From contig CBDBHB010000009.1 of the NCBI GenBank assembly GCA_965205505.1, positions 1,024,001 through 1,088,000 on the forward strand: a stretch of DNA of 64,000 bases. The letters run 5' to 3'. This DNA is from Acidobacteriota bacterium (lineage in GTDB: Bacteria > Acidobacteriota > UBA890 > WLXD01). Each line of letters opens with the position of its first letter. Positions within the stretch are counted from its first letter, which is position 1. A program made the position numbers and the translations under genes. The notes beneath the pieces were generated by a model, which worked only from the letters and a program-made list of their open reading frames with translations, ran no database searches and was not told the origin of the DNA. Shown piece after piece: positions 49,539 through 59,754 of the stretch.

Positions 49539-50912
49539 ATCGTGTAACGATGACGAGTCGCCGAGCGGTCCGTCGGGCCTTCGACCAGCAGGGCAGCATC
49601 CTGCTGACCTTGCTCATCATCATGTGCCTGACGACCCTCGTGCTCTCGAGTCTGACGGTGAGTTCGATCGAATGGACACTGGCCAGCAATCTCGGACGCG
49701 AGAGCCAGGCGTTCTCGTTTGCGGACTCAGGTATTCTGCATGCGCTCTCCGAAATCGAGTCGAGCGGCGACGATGTGGCAACGCTGCTGCTAGGCGCAGA
49801 TGGGACCGCTGGTACCGCCGACGACGGCCGTATCTTCAGCTCGGCGATTGTCGTGGGCGAGGGTGGCTACGACGTCTACGTCGAGGACAACAACGACGAC
49901 AGCGACCCGAGCACTGATAGCGACGGCATTGTCTACCTGGTCTCGACCGGGACTCACAAGGATGCGGCGCGGCGCGCGGGTCACCCTGAGCTCCAGTGGC
50001 GGCGGTGGTAGCGGCTGGGCTCCGCCGTACGGCGTGCTCGCCGGCAAAAAGATGCTGATCGACGTTAACGTCGAGCTGCGTGGTCCCCTTGGATCGGCGT
50101 TTTCCAACGACGACGCCACGATCGACAGCGGCCTGATCGACGTCAGTGTTGGCAGTGGCGACAAGCTGGGCCTCAAAGGCAACCCCACCATCGCTGGCGA
50201 GGTGCTTGATAATGACGCCGTCGTCGAGTACGAGGGCGCCCACGGTGGGCTCGAGTTGGTCGAGCTCCCCGAGTTCACCACCGACTCCATGCGCGATCTC
50301 GCCGACTATCGCCTCGGCGCCGATGGCAAGATTTACGACTCCGCCGGGGCACTGGTGCACGACACCAAAGGCGGCAAAGACAAGTGGGGGCAGTGGGATT
50401 TCGACAAGAAGAAATCGCTTTGGAAGCTCAAGGACGGGGTCGCCGGCGTCGACGATGGCACGTTCTATGTAGAAGGCGACGCACGCATCGAGTCGGGCGA
50501 GCAGCAGCTCGAGTTGTCGGTGATCGCGGCTGGCTCAGTCGAGTTCATCGGTAACACGAAGATCAGTGCTGCGATCCCGGGGCTGGTGGTGGCCGCTGAC
50601 GGCGACGTGGCGGCCGATGTGACGGGAAGTTTCACCGGTGGCTTTCTGGTCCGGGAGCAGCTGCGACTCACGGGAGAGCTCACCGTCTACGGTAGCATCG
50701 CGGTGCTCGACGAGGCCAAAAGCCACGATCTGATCTCAGACAAGACCGGTGCCCGGATCCAAGGCCAGACGGTCATCTTCCCGACAAGCGATGCCGTGTG
50801 GCCAATCGGTGGCGGGGGAGTGCTGCTGGCCAGTGAATGGCACGAGGAGCGCGTCGGAGCGGTTGCCTGGGTGGCGCAGACCAAAGGTAAGGGGAAGGGG
50901 GGCAAGAAATGA
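49535..50912 (+). pseudogene. PilX-like minor pilin with a +1 frameshift near 49978-49980 (real or sequencing error)
   Basis: QG|SILLTLLII, QAFSFADSGI; removing one G joins STG...ARRA to VTLSS and the 49800..50912 frame. Confidence 0.72.
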
Positions 50913-51283
50913 GTCGGAAGGCGCGGCGAGCGATTGGCGCTCTGTTGCTCGCGATCCTGCCTTCGGCATGCGGGGTCGAGCGCGACCTGCCGGCCGAGCT
51001 ATATGGCGTCTGGCGCACCGACGAGCCGCGCTACGCCGACCGCTTCATCGAGCTCGCCGCAGGCGAGATCGTCTTCGGCACTGGCGGCGGGGATTCGTCA
51101 CAGCACGCGATTACGTCAGTGGAGGCGGAGGCCACTCCGGCGGGAACGCGCTACATCATTGAGTATCGAGCCTCCGATGACGACGCCAGCATCTCCTTCT
51201 CTTTTCTTGCCGAGCGTCGCGACGGCCTGGCGTTGAGGCTGCACAACCAGCCGCACTTCTCGTGGCGGCGCAGGGCAAGCTGA
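50909..51283 (+). CDS. Small hypothetical lipoprotein
   Basis: Lipobox PSAC; L.GVW.T..PRYADR; ATGA coupling. Confidence 0.7.
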   Translation: MSRKARRAIGALLLAILPSACGVERDLPAELYGVWRTDEPRYADRFIELAAGEIVFGTGGGDSSQHAITSVEAEATPAGTRYIIEYRASDDDASISFSFLAERRDGLALRLHNQPHFSWRRRAS

Positions 51284-51295
51284 GGCGCCGAGCCG

Positions 51296-51787
51296 ATGAC
51301 CTGTCGACTGCGAATGATCGCTCTCGAGCGACCCGGTTCGATCAGTCAGCGGTCGGGGTTCTCGCTCGTCGAGGTGCTGATCGCCATCGCGCTGATCGGG
51401 ACCCTATCGTCGATCATTGTGCCGGCGTACATGGACTCGCGCGAGGTGGCGCGCGTGGCGAGAGCTGCGTCCGACGTCGCCATAATGAGCCTCGACATTC
51501 AGCTCTTCAAGGAGGTCACAGGTCGCTATCCGGATACGCTCACGGAGGCCGGGTTGACCGGCGATCTCGATCCCTGGGGCTTCGCCTACCGGTACCTGCG
51601 GATCGAAGGGACGAAGGCCAAAGGAGCGCGTAAGGACCGCTTCCTGGTCCCGCTGAACTCTGACTTCGATCTGTACAGCGTCGGCAAGGACAACGGCACG
51701 AAGGCACCTCTGACACCGCCGGTCTCTCACGACGACGTCGTACGTGCCAACAATGGCTTGTATGTCGGTTTGGGCAGCGAATTCTGA
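51296..51787 (+). CDS. GspG-like pseudopilin/pilin
   Basis: SG|FSLVEVLIA, GRYP..L, DPWG..Y.Y, FDLYS.GKD. Confidence 0.85.
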   Translation: MTCRLRMIALERPGSISQRSGFSLVEVLIAIALIGTLSSIIVPAYMDSREVARVARAASDVAIMSLDIQLFKEVTGRYPDTLTEAGLTGDLDPWGFAYRYLRIEGTKAKGARKDRFLVPLNSDFDLYSVGKDNGTKAPLTPPVSHDDVVRANNGLYVGLGSEF

Positions 51788-51797
51788 GTTGACGCGC

Positions 51798-53876
51798 ATG
51801 CAGCTCGACAGCAAGTTTCTCAAGACCCGCCTCGGTCGGCGCATGCTGGCGGTGTTCGTTGCCTGCGCCATGCTGCCGGTGACCGCGCTGGCGACGGTGA
51901 CGCTATTTACAACGCGGCACACCCTGAAGGAGCAGAGTCTCGCTCGCCTGAAGGAGGCCACCAAGACGCTGGGCATGTCTCTACTCAAGCGCCTGCTGTT
52001 CTGTGAGACCGAGCTGCACATCGTCGCCCGGGAAGTAGAAGCCCGGCGTTCCCCGGAGCCGCTGCACGAGGTGCCGCGCCGCTTTAACGGCATCGCGGTA
52101 GTGTGGGCTGGACAGGTGATCGACGCCTCTGGCCAGTCGTTCGCGATCGGCGGCCGGGACGACGCGGTTCTCGAGCAGCTCGAGACCGGACGCCCGGCCT
52201 TGAGCTTCGTCCAGCAGCCGGGCGTCGGCACGCCAACGCTGGTCATGTGGATCAAGGTTGATGGTACTCCCGACACGATGCTCGCCGGCTGGGTCAATCC
52301 GGGGTATGGCTGGGGTGACGGCTTGTTGGCTGGCCTGCCGCCCAACACCGAGCTGCTGCTGTTGACGCCGGGCGGCAGACTGCTGCTCAGCACCCTCGGC
52401 GACGACGAAGTCACGGCAGTGGCTGCAGTTGGTACGAGCACGGCGACCGAGAACTTCGAGACGAAGCTCGGCGGCCTCGACTTCGTCGCCAGTCGCTGGC
52501 CGGTGCCACTGCGCTACGCGTTCGGCAATCCGGGCGTCGTAGCGGTCGCCATGGAGCAAACCGCCACCGCTTTCGCCGCCGCCGGTGCATTCGGACGCAC
52601 CTACGCCCTCATCTGCCTGACTGCCGTTTGGGTCGTGCTTCTGCTGAGCATCGCTCAGATTCGACGCAACCTTGCGCCGCTCGACGAGCTCAAGGCCGGC
52701 ACGGAGCGACTCGCCCAGCGTGACTTCAAGTCGCGCGTCCAAGTGTCGAGCAACGATGAGCTTGGCGACCTGGCGTCGTCGTTCAATAGCATGGCGGCGC
52801 GTCTGGACAGCCAGTTTCAGCATCTCGCGACGCTGTCGGAGATCGACACGGCGATTCTCTCATCGTTGCATATCGATTCGGTCCTCGAGACGTCGCTGGA
52901 TCTGGCGAGCCGCAGCTATCCCGGAGTGCAGATAGGAGTGGGGATCTTGAGCGAAGATGCCACCACGATGTCGATGTACCTGGCCGGGTCGATGCGGCCC
53001 GAGCGGGTCGATGTTCCCGACCACGAGGCGGACGAGCTGAGCGGCGAGTCGCCGTGGCGCGAGATCGACTTGAGGTCCCGCGGCACCGGCATCACGCGGC
53101 CGCTACAGCGTCTCGGTGTAGAACGCTGCCTGAGCTTTCCGATTCGCCTGAACGGTGTGCTTGCCGGCGTGCTCTTGGTTGGCCTGGGTGAGCGCGCGAG
53201 CCTCGACGACGACCTCAACCAGCTGCGTCAGATCGGTGATCAGATCGGGGTGGCGCTAACGCATGCCAAGCTGATCGGCCAGTTCGACGACATGAAGCAG
53301 GGCGCCCTCACCGCGCTGGCGCGCGCCGTCGACGCCAAGTCGCAATGGACAACGGGTCATTCGGAGCGCGTAACGAGGCTATCGGTGCGCATCGGGCAGC
53401 AGATCGGCATTTCGGACCGGCGTCTGGATATCCTCAATCGAGGTGGCCTGTTACACGACATCGGCAAGATCGGCATCCCCAACGCCATCCTCGACAAACC
53501 GGCACGGCTCACCGAGGAGGAGTTCGAGATCATGAAGTCGCACCCGACGATCGGGGCGCGTATTCTCGAACCCATCATCGCCTACGCCGACGTTATTCCG
53601 GTGGTGCTGCAGCATCATGAGCGCGTCGACGGAGGAGGTTATCCGCTCGGCATCAGCGGTGGCGATCTCGACCCCGACGCTCGAATCATGGCCGTCGCCG
53701 ACGTCTTCGATGCCTGCAGCTCGGATCGCCCGTATCGTGAGGGCATGCCGCTCGAGCGCGTCATGGGCATCATCCGGGAGGGTTCGGGGGCCCACTTCGA
53801 GCCCCTGCTCGTCGAAGCGCTGGAGAGCGTGGTTGCCGAAGACGCCGAGTTCTTTAGTCAATTACGCGCCGCCTAG
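51798..53876 (+). CDS. Membrane HAMP-GAF-HD-GYP c-di-GMP phosphodiesterase
   Basis: Two TMs, DELGDLASSFNSM (HAMP), GHSERV, HDIGK, HHERVDGGGYP, VADVFDA...RPYR. Confidence 0.9.
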   Translation: MQLDSKFLKTRLGRRMLAVFVACAMLPVTALATVTLFTTRHTLKEQSLARLKEATKTLGMSLLKRLLFCETELHIVAREVEARRSPEPLHEVPRRFNGIAVVWAGQVIDASGQSFAIGGRDDAVLEQLETGRPALSFVQQPGVGTPTLVMWIKVDGTPDTMLAGWVNPGYGWGDGLLAGLPPNTELLLLTPGGRLLLSTLGDDEVTAVAAVGTSTATENFETKLGGLDFVASRWPVPLRYAFGNPGVVAVAMEQTATAFAAAGAFGRTYALICLTAVWVVLLLSIAQIRRNLAPLDELKAGTERLAQRDFKSRVQVSSNDELGDLASSFNSMAARLDSQFQHLATLSEIDTAILSSLHIDSVLETSLDLASRSYPGVQIGVGILSEDATTMSMYLAGSMRPERVDVPDHEADELSGESPWREIDLRSRGTGITRPLQRLGVERCLSFPIRLNGVLAGVLLVGLGERASLDDDLNQLRQIGDQIGVALTHAKLIGQFDDMKQGALTALARAVDAKSQWTTGHSERVTRLSVRIGQQIGISDRRLDILNRGGLLHDIGKIGIPNAILDKPARLTEEEFEIMKSHPTIGARILEPIIAYADVIPVVLQHHERVDGGGYPLGISGGDLDPDARIMAVADVFDACSSDRPYREGMPLERVMGIIREGSGAHFEPLLVEALESVVAEDAEFFSQLRAA

Positions 53877-54076
53877 CTGCTCGCAGTTTCAGGTCTCCGG
53901 CATGGCCGCGTTCTCTAGCAAGCCGATCATCTCGGTGCACCCCCTGCACTGTATGAGCGCTGAGTCATACAGCTGAAGAGCTCGTCGATCAACTCCAGAC
54001 CGGGGTCGGCGTTCAGCAGCACTCGCACCGTCTCGGTGTGCGCCTCCCCAATAAAGAAGGGCTTTGGATAACAAAG

Positions 54077-54544
54077 TCAAGCGTAGCCGATCGCCTCACT
54101 CAACGGCGTCCGGCCGCGCATGAACGTGCCGCTGCCGCGGGCTATCTGGCGGCCCTGCGCATCGACGAGCATCGCCTCCCCCAGCAGGAGCGATCGTGAG
54201 CGGTGCACTGCCTTGCCGGTCGCCACGAGCTCGCCTTCCGAGACCGGTCGCAGCAGATGGATGTTGAACGAGGCGGTGAGCAAGAAACCGTCTTCCACCA
54301 GCGAGCTGCAGGCGAAGAAGGCGGCGTCGTCGAGGGCCTTGAAGTACGCCGCGCCGTGCAGCGAGCCGGCGGCGATCATGTACTCGGGCCGCACCGCGAA
54401 GCGCACCTCGGCGGTACCTTCGCCGATGCGTATCTTCGGCTCGAAGTGAGCGTTCGCCGGCGCCCCGAGGTACATCCGTTCGAGCTTGCGGAAGTGCTCC
54501 TCCGCCGGTGCAGCGCCCGCCGGTTCCCCCGGGAGTTCGCTCAG
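54077..54544 (-). CDS. PaaI-family thioesterase
   Basis: HGAAYFKALDDAAFFA, T.SFNIHLLRPV; frame is open upstream of ATG 54475 (EEHFRKLERMY), possible CTG start at 54544. Confidence 0.85.
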   Translation of the reverse strand: MSELPGEPAGAAPAEEHFRKLERMYLGAPANAHFEPKIRIGEGTAEVRFAVRPEYMIAAGSLHGAAYFKALDDAAFFACSSLVEDGFLLTASFNIHLLRPVSEGELVATGKAVHRSRSLLLGEAMLVDAQGRQIARGSGTFMRGRTPLSEAIGYA

Positions 54545-56055
54545 TTCGCCGGCTCCGACTGGGCACCCTGTTCGATCGCGAACAGGCGATTGCGCGACAG
54601 GATGTAGAGCACCCCGTCCTTGGCGTACGGGGTCGTGTAGACGGAGGCGCCCATGTTCATCTCGGCGATCTCCTCCATCTCCTTGCCGGCGCGCAGCACG
54701 ATCACATCGCCGTCCTCGTCACCGAGGTACACCTTACCGTCGGCGAGGAAGGCCGAGCCCCAGACGGCCGCGAAGGTGTCGTAGGTCCAGTAGTGCTCGC
54801 CGGTGTCGGCATCGAGCGCGTACAGGAAGCCCGACAGATCGGAGATGTAGACAACGCCGTCGCCGATGGCGGCGGTCGACATGGTGCGGTGGAAGTCGCG
54901 GCCGCCCCGGTGCCAGATGACGGCGGAATCGGTGATGTCACCGCTGCCGCTGGGATCGAAGCACCAGAAGTGACCGGGCGCCTCGCCGTGCTCGGGATCC
55001 TGGCCGACTCCGATATAGGCCTTGTCGTCGTGCACTACCACCGTGGAGAGGATGTTGTTGCGCGTGCCACGACCACCGAGACGCCACTCCGCGTCCTTGG
55101 GGTTGGCGTCGAACTTCCACAACAGCTCACCGGTCTCGGGAACGAAGGCGCGCACCCAGCCGTCGCCACCGGGGAAGATCACCATCGCCCGGCCCTGCAC
55201 CACCGCGTAGGTCGGGTTCGTCCAGGTGCCGTGCAAGATGCCCTCGCCGGGATCGGCGTTGTCCCACACCAACTCGCCGGTGTGCTTGTTCAATGCCACG
55301 AAGCTGGCACCGAAAGGCGAGGGGATGGCCACGTGGCCCTCGTCGACGCCGTTTCCTGTCGAGGCGAAGACCAGGTCACCCACCACCAGAGGCGAGCTGG
55401 TGGCCAAGTTGTGCGGGAAAGCCTCGACCTCACGGATCATGTCGAACGACCAAATGCGGTCTCCGTCGATCGGCGAGGTGTGCTCTTCGGTCGTGTCGGG
55501 GCCGTCGTTCTCTCCGTCGCGGTGCCCCTCGGTGTCGATGCACACGACGTGGGCCTGGTTGGAAACGTAGTAAAGGCGGTCGCCCTCGATGTACGGAGTC
55601 GAGCAGATGCCCTGTAGCGGCCAGTCGTTGACCCGGCCAACGGGCAGCTTGTCGTGCACCATTTGCCAGAGAAACTCGCCGCTGTCGGCGTCGAACGCCA
55701 TGATCACGCCCTTGTCGTTGGGCAGATCGGGATTGCGCATTCCCTCGTTATTGGTGCCGATGAACACCTTGTTGCCCACCACCACCGGGCCAGCGTAGCT
55801 CTGCGAGCCCACGCCCACCGACCACTTGACGTTCATCCCGGCGCGGGTATCCCACTCCCCGGGAAGCCCGGTCTCGTCGGAGACCATGTTGCGGTCGGGG
55901 CCGCCGCCGAACATCCCCACTCCGTCTTCGGCTACGACAGCGAGCGTGGTTGCGGACGGCGTTCTGGCCACGGCGCCACGCACGGCGGCGCCGCTTGCCA
56001 CGCCCGTCACGATGGTGGCCGCCAGGATCCCACAGTAGAGCTTCCGACGCATCAT
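54541..56055 (-). CDS. PQQ-like beta-propeller protein
   Basis: Signal peptide; GSQSYAGPVV, GICSTP, GNGVDEGH, GQDPEHGE, repeated A.D..TGE..W. Confidence 0.85.
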   Translation of the reverse strand: MMRRKLYCGILAATIVTGVASGAAVRGAVARTPSATTLAVVAEDGVGMFGGGPDRNMVSDETGLPGEWDTRAGMNVKWSVGVGSQSYAGPVVVGNKVFIGTNNEGMRNPDLPNDKGVIMAFDADSGEFLWQMVHDKLPVGRVNDWPLQGICSTPYIEGDRLYYVSNQAHVVCIDTEGHRDGENDGPDTTEEHTSPIDGDRIWSFDMIREVEAFPHNLATSSPLVVGDLVFASTGNGVDEGHVAIPSPFGASFVALNKHTGELVWDNADPGEGILHGTWTNPTYAVVQGRAMVIFPGGDGWVRAFVPETGELLWKFDANPKDAEWRLGGRGTRNNILSTVVVHDDKAYIGVGQDPEHGEAPGHFWCFDPSGSGDITDSAVIWHRGGRDFHRTMSTAAIGDGVVYISDLSGFLYALDADTGEHYWTYDTFAAVWGSAFLADGKVYLGDEDGDVIVLRAGKEMEEIAEMNMGASVYTTPYAKDGVLYILSRNRLFAIEQGAQSEPAN

Positions 56056-58316
56056 TCGTTCACCGTTACCTTGTAGTTGTCGAAGTAGAGATCGACGGGG
56101 GAGTATCCGTAGATCCCCGGGGCGCCATGCCGAATCGGCATCGGATCTTCTGCCGTGATCGTCCATGCAGCTGGCTCGGGTTCGCCGCGCTGCCAGATCT
56201 TGCCACGCACGATGGCGCGATCGACGGTCTGATCGACCCGAAGCTTGGCTGTGTACCAGGTGTCCATATCCCATTCGAACGGGACCTGCTGCGCCATGCG
56301 CAGCTCGGAGGCCCATGATCGCACCTGAACCCGCTGGTGGTTGCCCATGAGGTCGAGTGTGTAGCCGCTGTTGACCACGCCAGCGTCCGGCCGTCGACGC
56401 CCCGCGCGGGTGCCGAGGATGTCTATTTGTACCGTGACCGCCGACGTGCTTTCAGGACCGGTGTAGATAACCGATCGATTGAGACCGGCTGCGGCCGGTG
56501 GCTTGTGCAGCACCGGCTCACCGTCGAACTCCGTCGTGGCGTAGCGTCCGGCGCCGATCCAGTGCCGCGGCTTCTGCCCCGACGCGAAGTCTTCTTTCCA
56601 CGGAAGTGAGCCTGCGATGCGCACGCGTGCGCGGGCGGTGAGGTTGCCGATCGTGGCGACGATGTGTCCGGCCTGACTCCCGGCCGCGGGGTCGGCGACG
56701 AACGCGCCCTCGGGGCTCACCGAGCCCGACAGGCCCTGTAGCGACCATTCTGCCGCGCGGGTGCCGATGTAACGGCCCGCCGCATCGAACACGCGGGCCG
56801 CGAACGCTATGCGCTCGCCGCTGCTGGCCACCAGGTCGGCGGGAACCACGATGGCGACGTGGGCGGCCGCCCCGGCGGGTGCCATCTCGGCAGCCGCGGG
56901 GCTGGCGCTGGTCGCGGCGCTGAACGGTCGAGTCGGGTCGCCGAGGCAGAAGATCCCATCTTCGGTAGTGAAGTAGATGCGACCGTAGGCGATCGCCGGC
57001 GAGCCGTAGATTTCCGCGGCCCGGCTCTCCGCGGGAATGTCGATCCGGTCCGCATCGAGCACCGTCGCTCCGTCGCTGCCTGGCTCCAGGATGACGAAGT
57101 TGCCGTTGACCTCGGTGACGAAGATCTTGCCGTCGGCCCATACCGGCGAGCTCTTGCCCACCGTGCCGACGTTATGCGACCAGAGCTCGGCCCCGGTGGC
57201 TGTATCCAAGGAGCGCAGGTTGGCGGAGTTGTCGAGCAGGTACAGAACGCCGTCGTGTAGCAGCGGCGATGCGAACCCGACGGTGATCTCGTCGGCGCGC
57301 CATTTCTCGTGGGTGTCGGTCACGTTGCCGTGGCCGGTAGCGTCGATGGCCACCACACGGCCTTGCGGGCCGCCATCCAGGTTCTCTTCGCTGTGGCTGA
57401 CGTAGACCACGTCGTCGGCTACCACCACCGCCGTGTTGATGCCGCGCTTGCTCAGCTGGTATTTCCAGACGAGCTCGCCGGTGCGCGCCTTGAGCGCATA
57501 GATCCAGCCGTCGGCAGCACCGCCGATCATCAGCCGTTGCCCGGCGATCTCGGCGACGATCGGCGTCGCCTGGGTGTTCATGTCCTTGGGGTTCTCTTCA
57601 CTCGGGTTCGCCGTCCACACCACCCGGCCGTCGCGCTTGTCGAAGGCATAGAAACGGTGGCGCGGTGGCCCGAACTCCCCCCAGCTGGTACCGATCAGCC
57701 CCAGGATTACCCGGTCTTCGTCGACGATGGGGGTGTGCGTGCGGCCGCCGTACCCGGAGGCGCGCCCGTAGGTCTCGCCGAGCCGGATCTCCCACACCGT
57801 TTCGCCGTCTCGGTCGAGGCACGTGAGCAGCCCGTCGACCGTGTGAGCGTAGAGATAGCCGGTCTCGGCATCGGCAGTAACGCCGCCCCAGCCGACGCGC
57901 GTGTACGGCACAGTGGTGTTGTAGATCACGTAGTCGCGCTGCCATAGCAGCTCGCCGGATTCAGCACTCCAGCAGGCGACGGTCTCCTGAGTGTCGCCGC
58001 GGCGGCCGTTTGCGCATACACGGCCGTCGAATACCACCGGCGTCGAGCGTCCGACGAGATCGCTTCGCCAGATCTGATGGTCGCCGTCTACCGACCAGGT
58101 GGAGATCAGGTCGGTGGCCGGCGACACGCCGTTTTGGTGCGGGCCGCGCCAGCTCGTCCACTCGTCGGCGCGTACCGCCGCAGCGGCGTTCGGTTCGGTG
58201 GCGGGAGACGGCGAGGCCGAAACAGTCGACAAAGCGGCCAGAAGCGCAACGACGGTCAATCGTGAAGAAACAGTCAGCAGTGAGGAAAGCGTGCCGCGGG
58301 GTCGGGACGTTCGCAT
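56052..58316 (-). CDS. Large PQQ-like beta-propeller protein with C-terminal beta-sandwich domains
   Basis: WTSWRGP..NG, GYGGRTHTP, repeated Trp-docking motifs, YFDN at the end; start 58316 or 58379. Confidence 0.85.
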   Translation of the reverse strand: MRTSRPRGTLSSLLTVSSRLTVVALLAALSTVSASPSPATEPNAAAAVRADEWTSWRGPHQNGVSPATDLISTWSVDGDHQIWRSDLVGRSTPVVFDGRVCANGRRGDTQETVACWSAESGELLWQRDYVIYNTTVPYTRVGWGGVTADAETGYLYAHTVDGLLTCLDRDGETVWEIRLGETYGRASGYGGRTHTPIVDEDRVILGLIGTSWGEFGPPRHRFYAFDKRDGRVVWTANPSEENPKDMNTQATPIVAEIAGQRLMIGGAADGWIYALKARTGELVWKYQLSKRGINTAVVVADDVVYVSHSEENLDGGPQGRVVAIDATGHGNVTDTHEKWRADEITVGFASPLLHDGVLYLLDNSANLRSLDTATGAELWSHNVGTVGKSSPVWADGKIFVTEVNGNFVILEPGSDGATVLDADRIDIPAESRAAEIYGSPAIAYGRIYFTTEDGIFCLGDPTRPFSAATSASPAAAEMAPAGAAAHVAIVVPADLVASSGERIAFAARVFDAAGRYIGTRAAEWSLQGLSGSVSPEGAFVADPAAGSQAGHIVATIGNLTARARVRIAGSLPWKEDFASGQKPRHWIGAGRYATTEFDGEPVLHKPPAAAGLNRSVIYTGPESTSAVTVQIDILGTRAGRRRPDAGVVNSGYTLDLMGNHQRVQVRSWASELRMAQQVPFEWDMDTWYTAKLRVDQTVDRAIVRGKIWQRGEPEPAAWTITAEDPMPIRHGAPGIYGYSPVDLYFDNYKVTVNE

Positions 58317-58506
58317 GGTGCTATCTCGAGGTCGGGTACGGAGAGGCGAGCCGCGCTGCGAAAGCGGAATGTCGGCCACCTGGAATAGGTCGGCGGCGCA
58401 GAATCATCTGACATGAGAATCAGATTATCGTACGTTTGCCGCCGCACAGCGTGCAAGGTTCCCAGCGCCGAAGGTAGCGTCCAGCGGTGCGCCGGCAATC
58501 GCCGGT

Positions 58507-59685
58507 TCAAGCGGCGATGGTGCGGCTCACGACCCAGTACAGACCGACCGCGGCGATCGATAGCGAAGCCGGTACCACGATGCGGCGACGGTACCAGGAG
58601 CGGTTCCGGAAGCTGCCGACCGCAAGCATGGCACCAGCGATCACCGCCAGCTGGCCCAGCTCGACGCCGACGTTGAATCCGAGCAGGGCGCCGAGGGCCT
58701 GATCTGGCGGTAGGCCGATCTCGCCGAGCACACCGGCAAACCCCAGGCCGTGTAGCAGGCCGAAGGCGAACACCAGGACCGGGCGCCAGGCGCGGAGCTG
58801 GTCGGTCATGGCGTTCTCGAGGCCAACGTAGGCGATCGACAGCGCGATGAGTGGCTCTACGAACGATGCGGGTAGCTGCACTACACCGGCGGCGGAAAGG
58901 CCGAGCGTGGCAGTGTGGGCCACGGTGAACGCCGATACTTGAAGCAGCAAGGGACGCAGCTGTGCGCTCAACAGGAATAACCCCAGCACGAACATAATGT
59001 GGTCCAGGCCCGCCGGGATGATGTGTAAGAAGCCCAACCGCGCGTAGCGCAGGCTGGCGGCGATGGAGCTCTCCGAGGCGGTCGATCGGGCCGCCGGGTC
59101 GAGCGTGAAGGGTGTGCTCTCGTCGCCACGCGCCAGCGGCTCGCGGGTGGTCGCGCCGCTGCGTTCGTCGACGATCGTCAGCTGGACCGGGGCAAAGGCG
59201 CGTGAGGCGCGGAAGCTTACCTGCGTGGCACCGGCTGGCACCGAGCCAGCAAGCCAGGCCCGTATGCCGAGGAACGTCGGCGGTGACGCATTGCGGGTGA
59301 GGCCCGCCGCCCGGTCGGGAAACTCGATCCGGAAATCGGCGCGTTCACCATCGAAGAGGATGCGGACGCGTCGCTCCAACAAGCGGCGCAAGCCATCGAC
59401 GCGCTCGGCGAGCTGTGCGTCCGACAGACCGGCGAGGGCCGCGACGAGCTCAGCGTCGTCGCTGTCGGGGGCGGCGCCGAGCGCCAGCGCGTCGAGGTCG
59501 AGCTGCATGCTCGCCTGGAAGGTAGCGTCTGGGCGCAACACCAGCGAAACCTGAGTGAATCCGAAGTTGTGGCCGCTCGCCGACCCGACGCTCAGCGCCG
59601 ATACGACCGCCAGCGCGGCAATTGTCGTCGAGCGCGACGACCGGCGGTGCAAGGGCGGCTTCTGCTGGCGAGTTCGGTAACTCAT
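58507..59685 (-). CDS. HupE/UreJ-family membrane protein
   Basis: G..HI...G.DH..F, FTVAHT.TL, FGLLHGLGFA, FNVGVELGQ. Confidence 0.9.
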   Translation of the reverse strand: MSYRTRQQKPPLHRRSSRSTTIAALAVVSALSVGSASGHNFGFTQVSLVLRPDATFQASMQLDLDALALGAAPDSDDAELVAALAGLSDAQLAERVDGLRRLLERRVRILFDGERADFRIEFPDRAAGLTRNASPPTFLGIRAWLAGSVPAGATQVSFRASRAFAPVQLTIVDERSGATTREPLARGDESTPFTLDPAARSTASESSIAASLRYARLGFLHIIPAGLDHIMFVLGLFLLSAQLRPLLLQVSAFTVAHTATLGLSAAGVVQLPASFVEPLIALSIAYVGLENAMTDQLRAWRPVLVFAFGLLHGLGFAGVLGEIGLPPDQALGALLGFNVGVELGQLAVIAGAMLAVGSFRNRSWYRRRIVVPASLSIAAVGLYWVVSRTIAA

Positions 59686-59754
59686 AGGGTCTGCCCGGTA
59701 TCGTATAGGGCGACCACGTTGTTCCCACCACTGATCCTGACTTCAGGGGCGACC

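Noticed and set aside
53990-54060. Ankyrin-like fragment (HTETVRVLLNA) on the minus strand
   Set aside because: Too short, with no start or second repeat; may be a scar but cannot be supported
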